Shown here piece after piece: positions 28,316 to 38,400 of a DNA stretch of 64,000 bases. The notes beneath the pieces are model-generated. The model was not told the origin of the DNA. It was given only the letters and a program-made list of their open reading frames with translations, and searched no databases. The stretch lies in the NCBI GenBank assembly GCA_036160375.1, contig JAYYDY010000109.1, positions 1,677-65,676 of the forward strand, written 5' to 3'. Position 1 is the stretch's first letter, and each line of letters starts with the position of its first letter. This DNA comes from Thermoplasmatota archaeon (GTDB lineage Archaea; Thermoplasmatota; Poseidoniia; Poseidoniales; Poseidoniaceae). The position numbers were made by a program, and so were the translations under genes.

Positions 28316-30794
28316 GGGATGGCTTCTCGACGTGCATGCGAACAAGGACAACACCGGCATGACGGCGTGGGTGGTCGACGACGACGGTCGTGCTCATGCG
28401 TGCGCCGTTCCATGGCAGCCGGTCATTCACGTTCACGCATCGTACACCGATCTCAACCGGTTGGAGCATTGGCTTGAGCAGCCCGAAATCCGTCAGCGTT
28501 TCCGGCTCACTCAGCCCAACATGACTCGAGCGCGTTTGGATTTGGAGGCCACCGGCCAAAGCGACGTCCTCGAGGTTGGACTCGAATTGTTTCAGCATGT
28601 TCGTGGACTGGCAGAACACATTGAATCTCGAGGTGACTTTCACCGTTTCAAACTCTACTCCGTTGACGCTCATTTGGCCCAACGATTCCTCAACGACCAC
28701 GGGTGCATCCCTTTCGCTCGGGTGCAGTGGTCTGCCGATGAGCGGGCGCGTTTGCTGATGTGCTCAAACACATCGGAACATGAGGCCTATCCTCCGTTTC
28801 ACGTCGTCAAGTTGTCCGTGAAACGGACATCGGGACAGGGGTTGCCAACCCTTCAGGATACCGTTGAATGGTTCCGTTTTGAAACGGTCCATGAGCCTGG
28901 TCTCTCACCACGGCAACCAATTCAGTCGTTAACCGTCAAACGTGCCGAACACGACTCCATGTCATCCATGCTGGCCGCCGTTCAAGCAGCGTACGATGCG
29001 ATGGACCCGGACGTTCTTCTCACGGAGGGTGGCGACCAGCGCTGGTTTCCATGGTTGGTCGAACAGGGTCGGCTTCACGGCCAATCGATGGTGCTTGGCC
29101 GAACACCGGAACCGCTTCAGCAAACGACCAACCAGCGTACGGTCCATTCCTACGGTCAAACGCGCCACCGACACGGAGCGTTCTTCCTCAACGGGCGCCT
29201 TCACATCGACCTCAAGAACAGCTTCATTGTGAGCGAAGGTGGTCTTGCCGGCTTGTTTGAACTGGCTCAACATTCGCGTCAATCAGCACAAATCATTTCC
29301 CGACTTTCACCGGGCTCGGTCATCAGCGCCATCCAAATGCGAGTGGCCATGGACGACGGGGTGCTTGTGCCGTGGAAGAAAAATCGCCCGGAGGACACGA
29401 AATCAGCCCTTGACCTGCTTCAGGCTGACCGAGGAGGTCTCTACCTTGACAGTCGCCCTGGTGTTCATGCGTCGGTGATCGAACTTGATTTTGCGAGTTT
29501 GTTTCCAAGCATCATCGCCACGCGAAACATCTCGCCTGAGACGCTGAATTGTTCGTGCTGCCAGCCACCGAACTCGGTCTCCAAACGCGGCATTGTCCCG
29601 CTTCACCCTGAACAAGCGGCTGACGAATTTCGTCAGCGTTCGGTTCACGCTCGTTTCGGCCACGGCCTCTTCCCGTTGGCACACGAGAAGGCGCTTGCCG
29701 TACCGGGGCTCAACATGCACACCTGTGGGCGAACGCACGGATTTCTCGGGCGTGTCGTGGCCCCCATCATTGAGCGAAGACGTGAGTTGAAACAGCAGCG
29801 TCAACACAAAGGCGACGCCTTTGACCTGCGGCAAAATGCGCTCAAGTGGCTGCTGGTCACGTGTTTTGGTTACACGGGTTATCGAAATGCACGTTTCGGT
29901 CGGATTGAAGCGCATGAAGCGATTTGTGCGTGGTCCCGCGACCTTTTGCTCACCACCATTGAGGAAGCGCAAAAGGACGGGTGGGATGTTCTTCACGCCA
30001 TCGTTGACTGCGTTTGGCTTTCGGATCTCAAAGGACGGACACAGCATCAACAACGGGTGGACGCCGAGGCGTTTGGTCGTCGTATTTCTGAGCAGGTCGG
30101 CATCCCGCTTGAGTTTGAGGCTCACTACGATTTCATCGCGTTTCTTCCCAGCCGGGTCCACGGGTCCGGTTCGTTGACGAAGTACTGGGCGTACGATGGG
30201 GGTTCGTTCAAGGTACGTGGTATTGAGATGCGACAACATTCCACGCCAGTCTGGATTCAACGATTGCAGCAGGCTGGCTTGGAGTGTTTAGCAGCCGGTG
30301 AGCGGAACGACGGCCTTCCTTCGTTTGGCACACAGCGCGCTGTTCTGCAGCATTACAGAAGGGAGCTTCAACGGTTGTCGAAGGGTGAAATTCCATTGCG
30401 TGAACTCGTCATTACCCGGCGAACCAGCCGCTCGCTGGGAGACTATCGCGTCAAGAACGTGACGTACGCTGCCCTCATGCGGGCCAACGAACGTGGGTAC
30501 GAGGTCCCTGCTGGGGGGAAGGTTCGCTATGTGGTTATGGACCGTGAATCAGATGTTCTTCTGGACCGCGTCGTTCTTGCAGAAGAATTGGATGCATTCG
30601 AGGTTGGTGTTCATGCGTGTGTTGGCCACTACGCTGAATTGGCTGAACGTGCCATCTGGGCGATTCTCGCTCCGTTTGGTTGGACCACAGCACAACTGCA
30701 AAACGAAGGTCGGCAACCTTCGTTGTTGGCGTTCACGACTCCGTATGGTGCAACGCAAGAACCCCAACCGATGAGGCCACCTCGTGAGGATTGA
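28302..30794 (+). CDS. polB: family-B DNA polymerase, PolB2-like: exonuclease motifs absent and motif C non-canonical
   Basis: Motif A VIELDFASLFPSIIATRNISPETL (DxxSLYPS) is intact. Motif B-like is LRQNALKWLLVTCFGYTGY. Motif C reads VLHAIVDCVWLSD versus the canonical YxDTDS. At the Exo I/II/III positions I read HVVKLSVK, GGDQRWFPWL and LFELAQHS, with no DxE, NxxxFD or YxxxD. A PIP-like QPSLLAF lies near the C-terminus. Confidence 0.85.
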   Translation: MAMIEGWLLDVHANKDNTGMTAWVVDDDGRAHACAVPWQPVIHVHASYTDLNRLEHWLEQPEIRQRFRLTQPNMTRARLDLEATGQSDVLEVGLELFQHVRGLAEHIESRGDFHRFKLYSVDAHLAQRFLNDHGCIPFARVQWSADERARLLMCSNTSEHEAYPPFHVVKLSVKRTSGQGLPTLQDTVEWFRFETVHEPGLSPRQPIQSLTVKRAEHDSMSSMLAAVQAAYDAMDPDVLLTEGGDQRWFPWLVEQGRLHGQSMVLGRTPEPLQQTTNQRTVHSYGQTRHRHGAFFLNGRLHIDLKNSFIVSEGGLAGLFELAQHSRQSAQIISRLSPGSVISAIQMRVAMDDGVLVPWKKNRPEDTKSALDLLQADRGGLYLDSRPGVHASVIELDFASLFPSIIATRNISPETLNCSCCQPPNSVSKRGIVPLHPEQAADEFRQRSVHARFGHGLFPLAHEKALAVPGLNMHTCGRTHGFLGRVVAPIIERRRELKQQRQHKGDAFDLRQNALKWLLVTCFGYTGYRNARFGRIEAHEAICAWSRDLLLTTIEEAQKDGWDVLHAIVDCVWLSDLKGRTQHQQRVDAEAFGRRISEQVGIPLEFEAHYDFIAFLPSRVHGSGSLTKYWAYDGGSFKVRGIEMRQHSTPVWIQRLQQAGLECLAAGERNDGLPSFGTQRAVLQHYRRELQRLSKGEIPLRELVITRRTSRSLGDYRVKNVTYAALMRANERGYEVPAGGKVRYVVMDRESDVLLDRVVLAEELDAFEVGVHACVGHYAELAERAIWAILAPFGWTTAQLQNEGRQPSLLAFTTPYGATQEPQPMRPPRED

Positions 30795-31560
30795 GTCGTC
30801 GTTTTGGGAGCAAGAAAGCGGTTTGTGGGTCCCGGTGGAAGGGCTGCCACGTACCTTGGATGCCACTTCGTCGGTGGACAACATGCAGCAACCGTTGCCT
30901 CCGGCGGCCTCGCCACGTACCTTCGAGGTGGTTTTGTGAATGGCGACGTACGTACCTCACGTGGCGTGCAAGATCAGACGGTCCGTGTTCAAGGCCGGTG
31001 ATGGCGACAACGGCCGTGTGGTGTCGGTGTGCGAGGTGGCGCAAGATGTTCGTGTGCCTTCGCAGAAGGGTTCGTGATTCCAACGATGAGACGGCATCGT
31101 CGCTGTGCATGGCCAACAACCCGTCCACCACCACCATGGGGGAGCGTGTGATGGCCAATTCATCGGGAAGCCGTTCCAGTTGCCGGTCGAGTTGATGCAG
31201 CGTGAACCCTCGACTGAGGTAGAGCCTTGCCAGACACGGTTCAACCTCAGCGCCCAGCGCCTCGAGAAGCGGGATGAACCGTGCGGGATCGATTCTGCAG
31301 GCCCCGTCCACCCAGTGGACGGTTCGTCCCTGAACCAACGCATGCGCAACCCAATGCTCGGCAACACAACGCATGCTTTTGCCCGAACGACCAGGTCCGC
31401 TAAGGTGGTAGAGTTGGCCTGCTTGCGGTTGAATTTGAGCAGGATCAATGCCGTGCGTTCGGCGAACAAGGGCGAGGTGTTTTCCTGCGATGGGGTTGAG
31501 GTTCTGCTTCATATCAATCATCGAAGGTCGCTCTCGGAGGTCGTCTATGCTTGTGAACAC
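30733..31560 (-). CDS. RecA-superfamily P-loop ATPase (RadB / aRadC / ImuA-like paralogue)
   Basis: Walker A is GQLYHLSGPGRSGKS. This is followed by RTVHWVDGACRIDPARF (compare the RadB yiDtE..f..eR), Walker B PMVVVDGLLAMH, then HTAVVAITG. The 3' end overlaps the polB 3' end by 62 nt, in convergent orientation. Confidence 0.65.
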   Translation of the reverse strand: MFTSIDDLRERPSMIDMKQNLNPIAGKHLALVRRTHGIDPAQIQPQAGQLYHLSGPGRSGKSMRCVAEHWVAHALVQGRTVHWVDGACRIDPARFIPLLEALGAEVEPCLARLYLSRGFTLHQLDRQLERLPDELAITRSPMVVVDGLLAMHSDDAVSSLESRTLLRRHTNILRHLAHRHHTAVVAITGLEHGPSDLARHVRYVRRHSQNHLEGTWRGRRRQRLLHVVHRRSGIQGTWQPFHRDPQTAFLLPKRRLNPHEVASSVGVLALHHTES

Positions 31561-31613
31561 CCCTCAACTTGAACTGAACCATCATCAACTTCAAACACCG
31601 CTGGCGTGGATAA

Positions 31614-32750
31614 TTGGTTGTGGTTGAGGAGCCGAGGAAGGTTGAGGCAACGGGCCCTCGCGTGTTGATTCACTGCGACCTCGATGCGTTCTTTGCGGCG
31701 GTGGAAACGCTGCACCATGGATTTGATGACGATGTGCCGCTCATCATCGGTTCCGATCCAAAGCAAGGGCGTGGAAGGGGAATTGTCTCGACCTGCAATT
31801 ATGCAGCCCGGACCTTTGGTATACGCTCGGCGATGCCTGTATCCGAAGCATGGAGGCGCTGTCCGGCCGCCCCGTTTGGACCTGCCATCTACATACGGGG
31901 CACGCGTGGCCTGTACAGCCGTGCGAGTCGGAAGGTCATGGCGTGCTTGCGGGAACCAGCGGTGTTGTTTGAAAAGGCCAGCATCGATGAAGCCTACCTG
32001 GACGTGACCGAAACCGTCGGAGGAGATTGGGACGCAGCGTTAGCGCTGGCGAATCAGTTGCAACAGACGATCAAAGAACGGGTGAACCTGACGGCCTCGT
32101 TTGGGATTGGTCCCACACGAATCGTCGCGAAGATGTCCAGTGAAGTGAACAAGCCCAACGGGATTCATCGCGTCATGCCCGACGAGGTCGTATCGTTTTT
32201 CCAGGGTCGCTCGCTCAGGGACATTCCTGGCATCGGACCGAAGCGTGCGACCCAACTGGCTGAGTGGGGCTACACCACGGCTGATGAACTCCATGAACTC
32301 GGGGAACTCTCGTTGGCACGATTGGCAGGCGACCGTTTCGCGCATTGGTTCATGCGAGTGGTGGAGGGCGAGAGCAGCGCTGTGGTCAGTCCACTTCGCA
32401 GCAGGAAATCCATTGGCAAGGAGCACACGTTCGAACGGGATCTTGACGATCATGAAGACGTCCTTTCAAGGTTGGAGACGCTCGTGGACCTCGTCATGGA
32501 GCGTGCTCGCACTCTTGGGGTATCCGGACGATTGGGTGAGGTCAAAATTCGCTACACAGGCTTTGAAACGCACACAAGCGGGCGAAGCATTCCCGTGGCC
32601 ATGGACGACGAGTCCGTGTTCAAGCGGTTGGCCAGGCAGCTCTTCGCGACCAACATCCGTCCCGAGAGCCGGGTGCGACTGATCGGCTTTCGACTGGGTC
32701 AGTTGGAAATGCCACCTTCGCGCCAAACCACCCTCTTTGAGGAGGAATGA
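31614..32750 (+). CDS. dinB: Y-family DNA polymerase IV (DinB/Dbh/Dpo4-like), catalytic residues intact
   Basis: VLIHCDLDAFFAAVE, STCNYAARTFGIRSAMP, SIDEAYLDVT and IGPTRIVAKMSSEVNKPNG. C-terminal PIP-like QTTLFEEE. There is no upstream ATG; the start is TTG 31614 or GTG 31662. Confidence 0.9.
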   Translation: MVVVEEPRKVEATGPRVLIHCDLDAFFAAVETLHHGFDDDVPLIIGSDPKQGRGRGIVSTCNYAARTFGIRSAMPVSEAWRRCPAAPFGPAIYIRGTRGLYSRASRKVMACLREPAVLFEKASIDEAYLDVTETVGGDWDAALALANQLQQTIKERVNLTASFGIGPTRIVAKMSSEVNKPNGIHRVMPDEVVSFFQGRSLRDIPGIGPKRATQLAEWGYTTADELHELGELSLARLAGDRFAHWFMRVVEGESSAVVSPLRSRKSIGKEHTFERDLDDHEDVLSRLETLVDLVMERARTLGVSGRLGEVKIRYTGFETHTSGRSIPVAMDDESVFKRLARQLFATNIRPESRVRLIGFRLGQLEMPPSRQTTLFEEE

Positions 32751-32751
32751 C

Positions 32752-35244
32752 TCAGGACAACTGGTGCATTCGGGTCAATGTGGAGGCGAACTCCCTCAAT
32801 TCATCCGGGACCTGAACGCCTTCAATGGGTTGGTTCAGGGAGATACCTTGCTCTTTCTTCATCGCCCACGTCTGACCGTTAAACTCCTGAAGGCTGGTTG
32901 ACAGCCCGCAGAGCCGGAGGCCTTCCTCAGTACCGAAGGCCACCTCTGGGAGCGGTGAATGGGGGAAGGCATCGACGTCCACCGCCGAAGTACCGTACAC
33001 GGTGCTGCTGATGTGGTGGGCAAAGAAAGGACAGACCGGGCTGAAAGCGGCCAAGAAATCACGAACCATTCGGTGCAGTGTCCAAGCAGCGGCCTTGTCC
33101 TCGTCGTAGAGTCGAGACTTCACCATCTCAAGATAGTGGCTCGGAAGAAGCCCCGTGCCGAAGGTTTTGAGCGCTTGCGTGGCGGTGTAGATGTCCAGAT
33201 TCGTCCATGCTGCCTCGACCTGGCTCATCGTCTGCTGGAATTCAGCCAGCACCCACCGGTCCTCTGGCGCGAGGTGTTCGGGTGGTGTATCCAAATCTTC
33301 GGGCACCTCAAACTGGGAGGCAAATCGGGCGACGTTGAACAATTTGGTCAGCACGCCGAAATACTTCTTCTCAATTTCTTCAGGGTTGATGTGGAAATCA
33401 TCGCCGACTTGGGCATCACACGCCTTCCAAAGCCGGAAGCATTCGCTGCCAATTTTGTTCGCTCGTAGCTTCACGGAGCCGTCCGGTCCTTTGACTTGCC
33501 AAGAGCCGGTTCGTCCTCCAGCGCCACACTCGAGGACCGAGTCGGCGTCAATGCCGTTACCGAGGGACTTGCTCATCTTTCGGCCCCACGGGTCCATGCC
33601 GAGTCCGTCGATCCAGACGTGTTGGAACCCGGGTTGGTCAAGCACGAGCGTGGACTTGAGGAGGGTGTAGTACAACCATGTACGTACGATTTCCTTGCCC
33701 TGTGGTCGGAGGGCCGTTGGGAAGGCCTTCTCGAACACTTCAGGGTGGTTGAGGAAACCGCTGACGAAGAGGTTGGAGTTGGAGGAATCCATCCATGTAT
33801 CGAACACCTTTTCCTCACCAACGATGTTCCCGAGCATTGCTTTCACATCTTCAAACGCACCCAAATCCTCTCTGGATTCACGGTCGAGCACACGGCTGCC
33901 TGCCGGTGGCATATCTTTCCATGGTTGGACGTACGTTCCAGCGGGAGGGACGACGACCTTCGACTGGTCCTCACTGTACCAAATCGGGATTTCTGTGTGG
34001 TACCATCGGCGGCGGCTGATGGGCCAGTCGATGCTGATGTTGTCCATCCAGTCCAACAGGAACTGACGGTTCCGAACCGGGTGGAAGGTGATTGATTCGA
34101 TGTGCTCCCGCATGCGGTCTTGGATGTGCGTTTGGCGAACGTACCACTCTTTGAGCAAGATGATTTCAACGGGATTTTTTCCTCGCTCCGATACGGGAAT
34201 GTCTTGGTCTCGTTCAACGGCTTGCACCAACCTGCCCGACGCCTCAAGAAGTTCGATGGCTTTGGCGCGTGCCTCGAGCACGGGCATGCCCTGCAACGGC
34301 CCTGCCACCTCGGTCATGGCGCCGTCAAGGTCGATCGCTTGGAAGGGCGTAAGGCCGAGTTCTCGGAACACAGCGACGTCGTTTTGGTCGCCAAACGAAC
34401 ACACCATGAGGACACCGGTGCCGAAATCGGATTTGACCGACGGGTGCTGCTGTATCTCGACCGTGGTGGACCTCCCTTGCGTGTCCAACGGGAGGCTGAT
34501 CTGCTGCCCGACAAGGTGTTGGTAGCGATCATCCTCGGGGTGAACAACAACCACACCGCAGGCACAAATCAACTCGGGTCGTGTCGTGGAAATGACCAGT
34601 TCCGTTCCGTCTTCACAGGTCCATCGGACGTCGACCAATTTCGTCTTTCGTGGGAGTCGTTCAACCTCGGCATCGGCAATGGTTGTACCTTCGACTGGGT
34701 CGTAGATGTTGGGTCGGAGGTCCTCAACGATGTCACCTTTCTTGAACAGGTCAACGAAAATGGACTGAGTTACGCTTCTGTAGTCGGGTGCGTCGGTCAA
34801 GTATTCCCTCGAAAAATCACAAGAAAGGCCGACCCGCTTGGCCGTGCTTCGCATGGCTTGCGTGAACGATTCGATGGTGGTTTCGCAGAGTTTGAGAAAT
34901 TCTTCACGGTCATAGGTCTTCATTTTGCGTTTGGTGTTTTTCTCCACGGTGAATTCAATGTTGATGCCGTTTCGGTCCACACCCCAAGGGAAGTACACTT
35001 CTTTGCCCAAGAGACGTTGGCTACGGGCGAGGACGTCGATCATGGAATACTGGGCAACAGCGCCGATGTGCCATGTGCCAGACGGGTAGGGGGGAGGCGT
35101 GTCAATGACGAAGAATTCCTTTCCGCTGTGCGGATTGAAGGCGTAGCGTCCGCTGTACGCCTCTTCATCGGCATAGTGTGCTTCTTGGATGGATTTCTCA
35201 AGGTCAATCGACCATCTTTTTTCGGGAAGTTTTGGGGCTGGCAT
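32752..35244 (-). CDS. valS: valine--tRNA ligase
   Basis: VIDTPPPYPSGTWHIGA (HIGH region), FPWGVDRNGINIE, editing-domain TTRPELICACGVVVVHPEDDRY and KMSKSLGNGI. The size (830 aa) fits archaeal ValRS. ATG 35244 is preceded by AGGTGAGG. Confidence 0.85.
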   Translation of the reverse strand: MPAPKLPEKRWSIDLEKSIQEAHYADEEAYSGRYAFNPHSGKEFFVIDTPPPYPSGTWHIGAVAQYSMIDVLARSQRLLGKEVYFPWGVDRNGINIEFTVEKNTKRKMKTYDREEFLKLCETTIESFTQAMRSTAKRVGLSCDFSREYLTDAPDYRSVTQSIFVDLFKKGDIVEDLRPNIYDPVEGTTIADAEVERLPRKTKLVDVRWTCEDGTELVISTTRPELICACGVVVVHPEDDRYQHLVGQQISLPLDTQGRSTTVEIQQHPSVKSDFGTGVLMVCSFGDQNDVAVFRELGLTPFQAIDLDGAMTEVAGPLQGMPVLEARAKAIELLEASGRLVQAVERDQDIPVSERGKNPVEIILLKEWYVRQTHIQDRMREHIESITFHPVRNRQFLLDWMDNISIDWPISRRRWYHTEIPIWYSEDQSKVVVPPAGTYVQPWKDMPPAGSRVLDRESREDLGAFEDVKAMLGNIVGEEKVFDTWMDSSNSNLFVSGFLNHPEVFEKAFPTALRPQGKEIVRTWLYYTLLKSTLVLDQPGFQHVWIDGLGMDPWGRKMSKSLGNGIDADSVLECGAGGRTGSWQVKGPDGSVKLRANKIGSECFRLWKACDAQVGDDFHINPEEIEKKYFGVLTKLFNVARFASQFEVPEDLDTPPEHLAPEDRWVLAEFQQTMSQVEAAWTNLDIYTATQALKTFGTGLLPSHYLEMVKSRLYDEDKAAAWTLHRMVRDFLAAFSPVCPFFAHHISSTVYGTSAVDVDAFPHSPLPEVAFGTEEGLRLCGLSTSLQEFNGQTWAMKKEQGISLNQPIEGVQVPDELREFASTLTRMHQLS

Positions 35245-35406
35245 GTGCCTCACCTGGCCCCGCCTCGGTCAATGAGGTGGGTCCAACTCTGCGGATGTGG
35301 GACATCATTTCAACCCGTCGGCGTGGATGAGAACTCAAACGGTTTTGGGTCCCCACGAAGGTAAGCCTTTGAAGGGCCCACACCTCGGGGAGGTTGAGGT
35401 GGTCGC

Positions 35407-38400
35407 GTGAGTTCCGGAAACGACGCATCAAATCCCACTTCAGAAGATGCTCCAACGAAGGTGTCCTCGGGCAATCAGCGGCTTGAGGCCATCGCCGGGA
35501 AGAGCCGTGCGGTTCGAGACCAACTGGTTGGCCAGATGAAAACCATTGACTCAAAGCGGACCTTGGATGCCGTCCTCGAGGCCCCGAAGCGTTTCAAGCG
35601 TGAGTGGCAAAAAACCGGTGCGACGGGGGCCATCACAAAATTCCCCATTCCTACCGTGTTGGTCTTTTTGTTGCTCACGGCGTACTTTGTCTCGCAATCA
35701 GGCTTTCTTGACAACACTCGTTTTGATGACGATTTGAACAATCCAGCCTTGAACGTGAACGGCGACCTCGAGGTCTACTTGCCCGATGGGAGTCAGGTGG
35801 CGGAACTCATCGGCAAGGTTGAGGAAGATTGGTCCACCAACGTCATGGTCGTCTACATTGAATCCACAAAAGGAAACAACATCACCAATCAGCGAATCTT
35901 ACAAGAAATCAGTTATGTTGAGCGGTTACTCAATCCACAACTCTCCGATGATTCGGACGACGTGATTTACATCCTCTCCCTCTCGACCGTGCTCAAAGAG
36001 GTCAACTCCAGCGCTCCCCGTATTCGCGAGGCCGTCGTCACGGAGGTCGGCGAACTTGGGTGTTCAAACGACCCGGAGGATAATTGCCCATCACGTGAAT
36101 TTGCAAAGGAACTGAACGAAGCCTTTGCACTGACGGACGAACAATTCGGAGGTTCCTACGAAATTCCAAGCCAGACCACCATTGATCTGGTCATCGGAGA
36201 GATGTACACGGACGAGGGCCAACCTTCTGCCGGCATGAATAAACTGGCGCGAGACATCGAAGGAGGAGAAGACGGTGGACCCGACGGCGTGCTTGATCGT
36301 GCCATCATGGCCATCGCGGTCACGGAAGACCGTCCCGCCAAGGAAATCATTGCAGACACTCAGGATATCCTTGATGCCATATCAAAACTTGAACGCGCGT
36401 GCGAATTTGAGGACAACGGCGAACCCGATGAATCCGAGGGCATGTGCACGTGGGATGACCTGGGTCTCTCCATGGTCCTGACCGGTCCGGTTCCGATCAC
36501 CAACGCCGTCACAGAATTTTCATTCAAGCTGTTCTGGGACATCTTCCCCAACGCCGTGGTTTTGGTTGCTATTGGGTTGTTCATCTTCCACTCTGATCTG
36601 CTTCAGGCGGGCATCACCGGCATGCGTCCGCTTCAAGGCTTCAAGGTGGTCGTGATTGCAGGTCTACCGACGTTGTGCGCTGTGTTTTGGACCTTGGGTC
36701 TGATCGGCGCCACGAATTATGAAGTGACGATGACGGTCATCATCGTTGGACCGATTTTGTTGGCCCTCGGTGTATCGTATGGCCTTCACATTACCAATCG
36801 GTATGCGGAAGAGGAGGGGAGCAAGGACGAGAAGATGCGAGCATCCTTGACATCGACAGGACGTGCTGTGTTCCTCTCAGCTGTGACGACCGTCATCGGT
36901 TTCATCTCGCTGGTCTTCACGCCCATGGCGCCCATCCAAACCGTGGGTATTGCCCTGTCAGCGGGCATCGTCATCGTGTACTTCCTGACCATGTTCATGG
37001 TGCCCAACCTGACGCTGATTTTGGATTTGAAGAAACCGAAACATCCGCCCCTCAAGGCCTTCGACGTGCTGGTTGATGTTCCTGTCAAACGCAATCGAGG
37101 CGTCCTGGCTGTGTTTGCGCTGATGATTCTCCTATCGGCAACCGTCGGTCAAGCGAACGTTGAGGAAAACATTGACCTCTTGGGGATGGCTCCTGAAACA
37201 GAGTCTCCGGTTGTCAAAATGAAGCAATACAGCTCTGAGTTTGAGGCTGGGCAAGTTGGGATGATCTTGGTCAACGCCAATGTGAGCGGTGACTTCAACG
37301 ACGCTGAGCAATCAAACGACGACCCGGTTGAGATTTTACAGAAAATCGACAACCTCGAGGGGAAACTCAACACGGTGGAAAACACAACGGCTGTTTCCGT
37401 GGTGTTCTTGATGAAATCATCCGGTGTTCAAGTGACGGTTTCTGGCCAAGATGTCAACGAACTTCTGCAGTTGGTTCCATGTGCAGGCAATCAACAGTGT
37501 GAGGATGTCAAAACCACAGCTGATGTCCTCTTGAATCAAAGCCAATCCCTTGACGCCTCGTTTTGGGATTTGTTGAACGACCCTGACGCATTCGGATTGC
37601 CGGCCTCTCAGCAAAGCCAAATCTTCCTGCTCGATGTGTTCTATGCTTCACTGACCAAGGAGACTCGAGAGATTTTCGTCAGCGAGGATTTCAGTCGTTC
37701 CCTGATTTACGTTGACATGCCCTTTATTCCCGTGGCCGATACAGCGAAGAGCGTTGACATGGTCAACGAGATGGCCGGTACCTTCCAAGGGCGATACGGC
37801 GAAACCGCAGAGGATTTGACGGGCGTGGCAGCCACGGCGATTGAGGTCAACGAACTCATTGTCGGATCGCAATGGACCTCGCTCGGGTTTGCCATCATCC
37901 TGACCCTCATCACTTTGGCCGTGGTGTTCCGAGACATCCGATATTCAATTTGGACCACTTCACCAGTGATCGCCACCGTTGCGTTGCAGTGGCTCGTGAT
38001 GTGGCAGATGGATGTGCCGCTCTCGCTCGTGACCGTCATGATTGGCTCCATTTTGGTCGGCGTCGGTGTCGATTTCTCCATCCACATCGCCAACCGCATT
38101 CGAGAACTTGGCGGCGGCATAGAGGCCATCCGAACCGCTGCCGTTGGTACGGGCATGTCCCTGTTTGAAGCCGCCGTGGTCACCTCACTGGGCATGTACA
38201 CGGCCTATGATATTCCGATTCCTGAAATTACGCCGTTCATCACGGTCATTCTCATTCTGTTGTGGGTGGCTGCGGCCAGTGCGCTCGTGTTACTCCCCGC
38301 CATTTTCGTGACCCTGGAGAAAATGGGCATTGGTGCCGTCAGCGGTGGCAACAACATGGCGAAGAAACTCGGCCTCATCCGGACCGCTCAAACCAGTGAC

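Noticed and set aside
31570-31580. TTGAACTGAACC, considered as a Cheo-box or SOS-box-like GAAC element upstream of dinB.
   Set aside because: It is not palindromic (no GAAC-N4-GTTC). Archaea also lack LexA. It was kept only as part of the direct-repeat observation.
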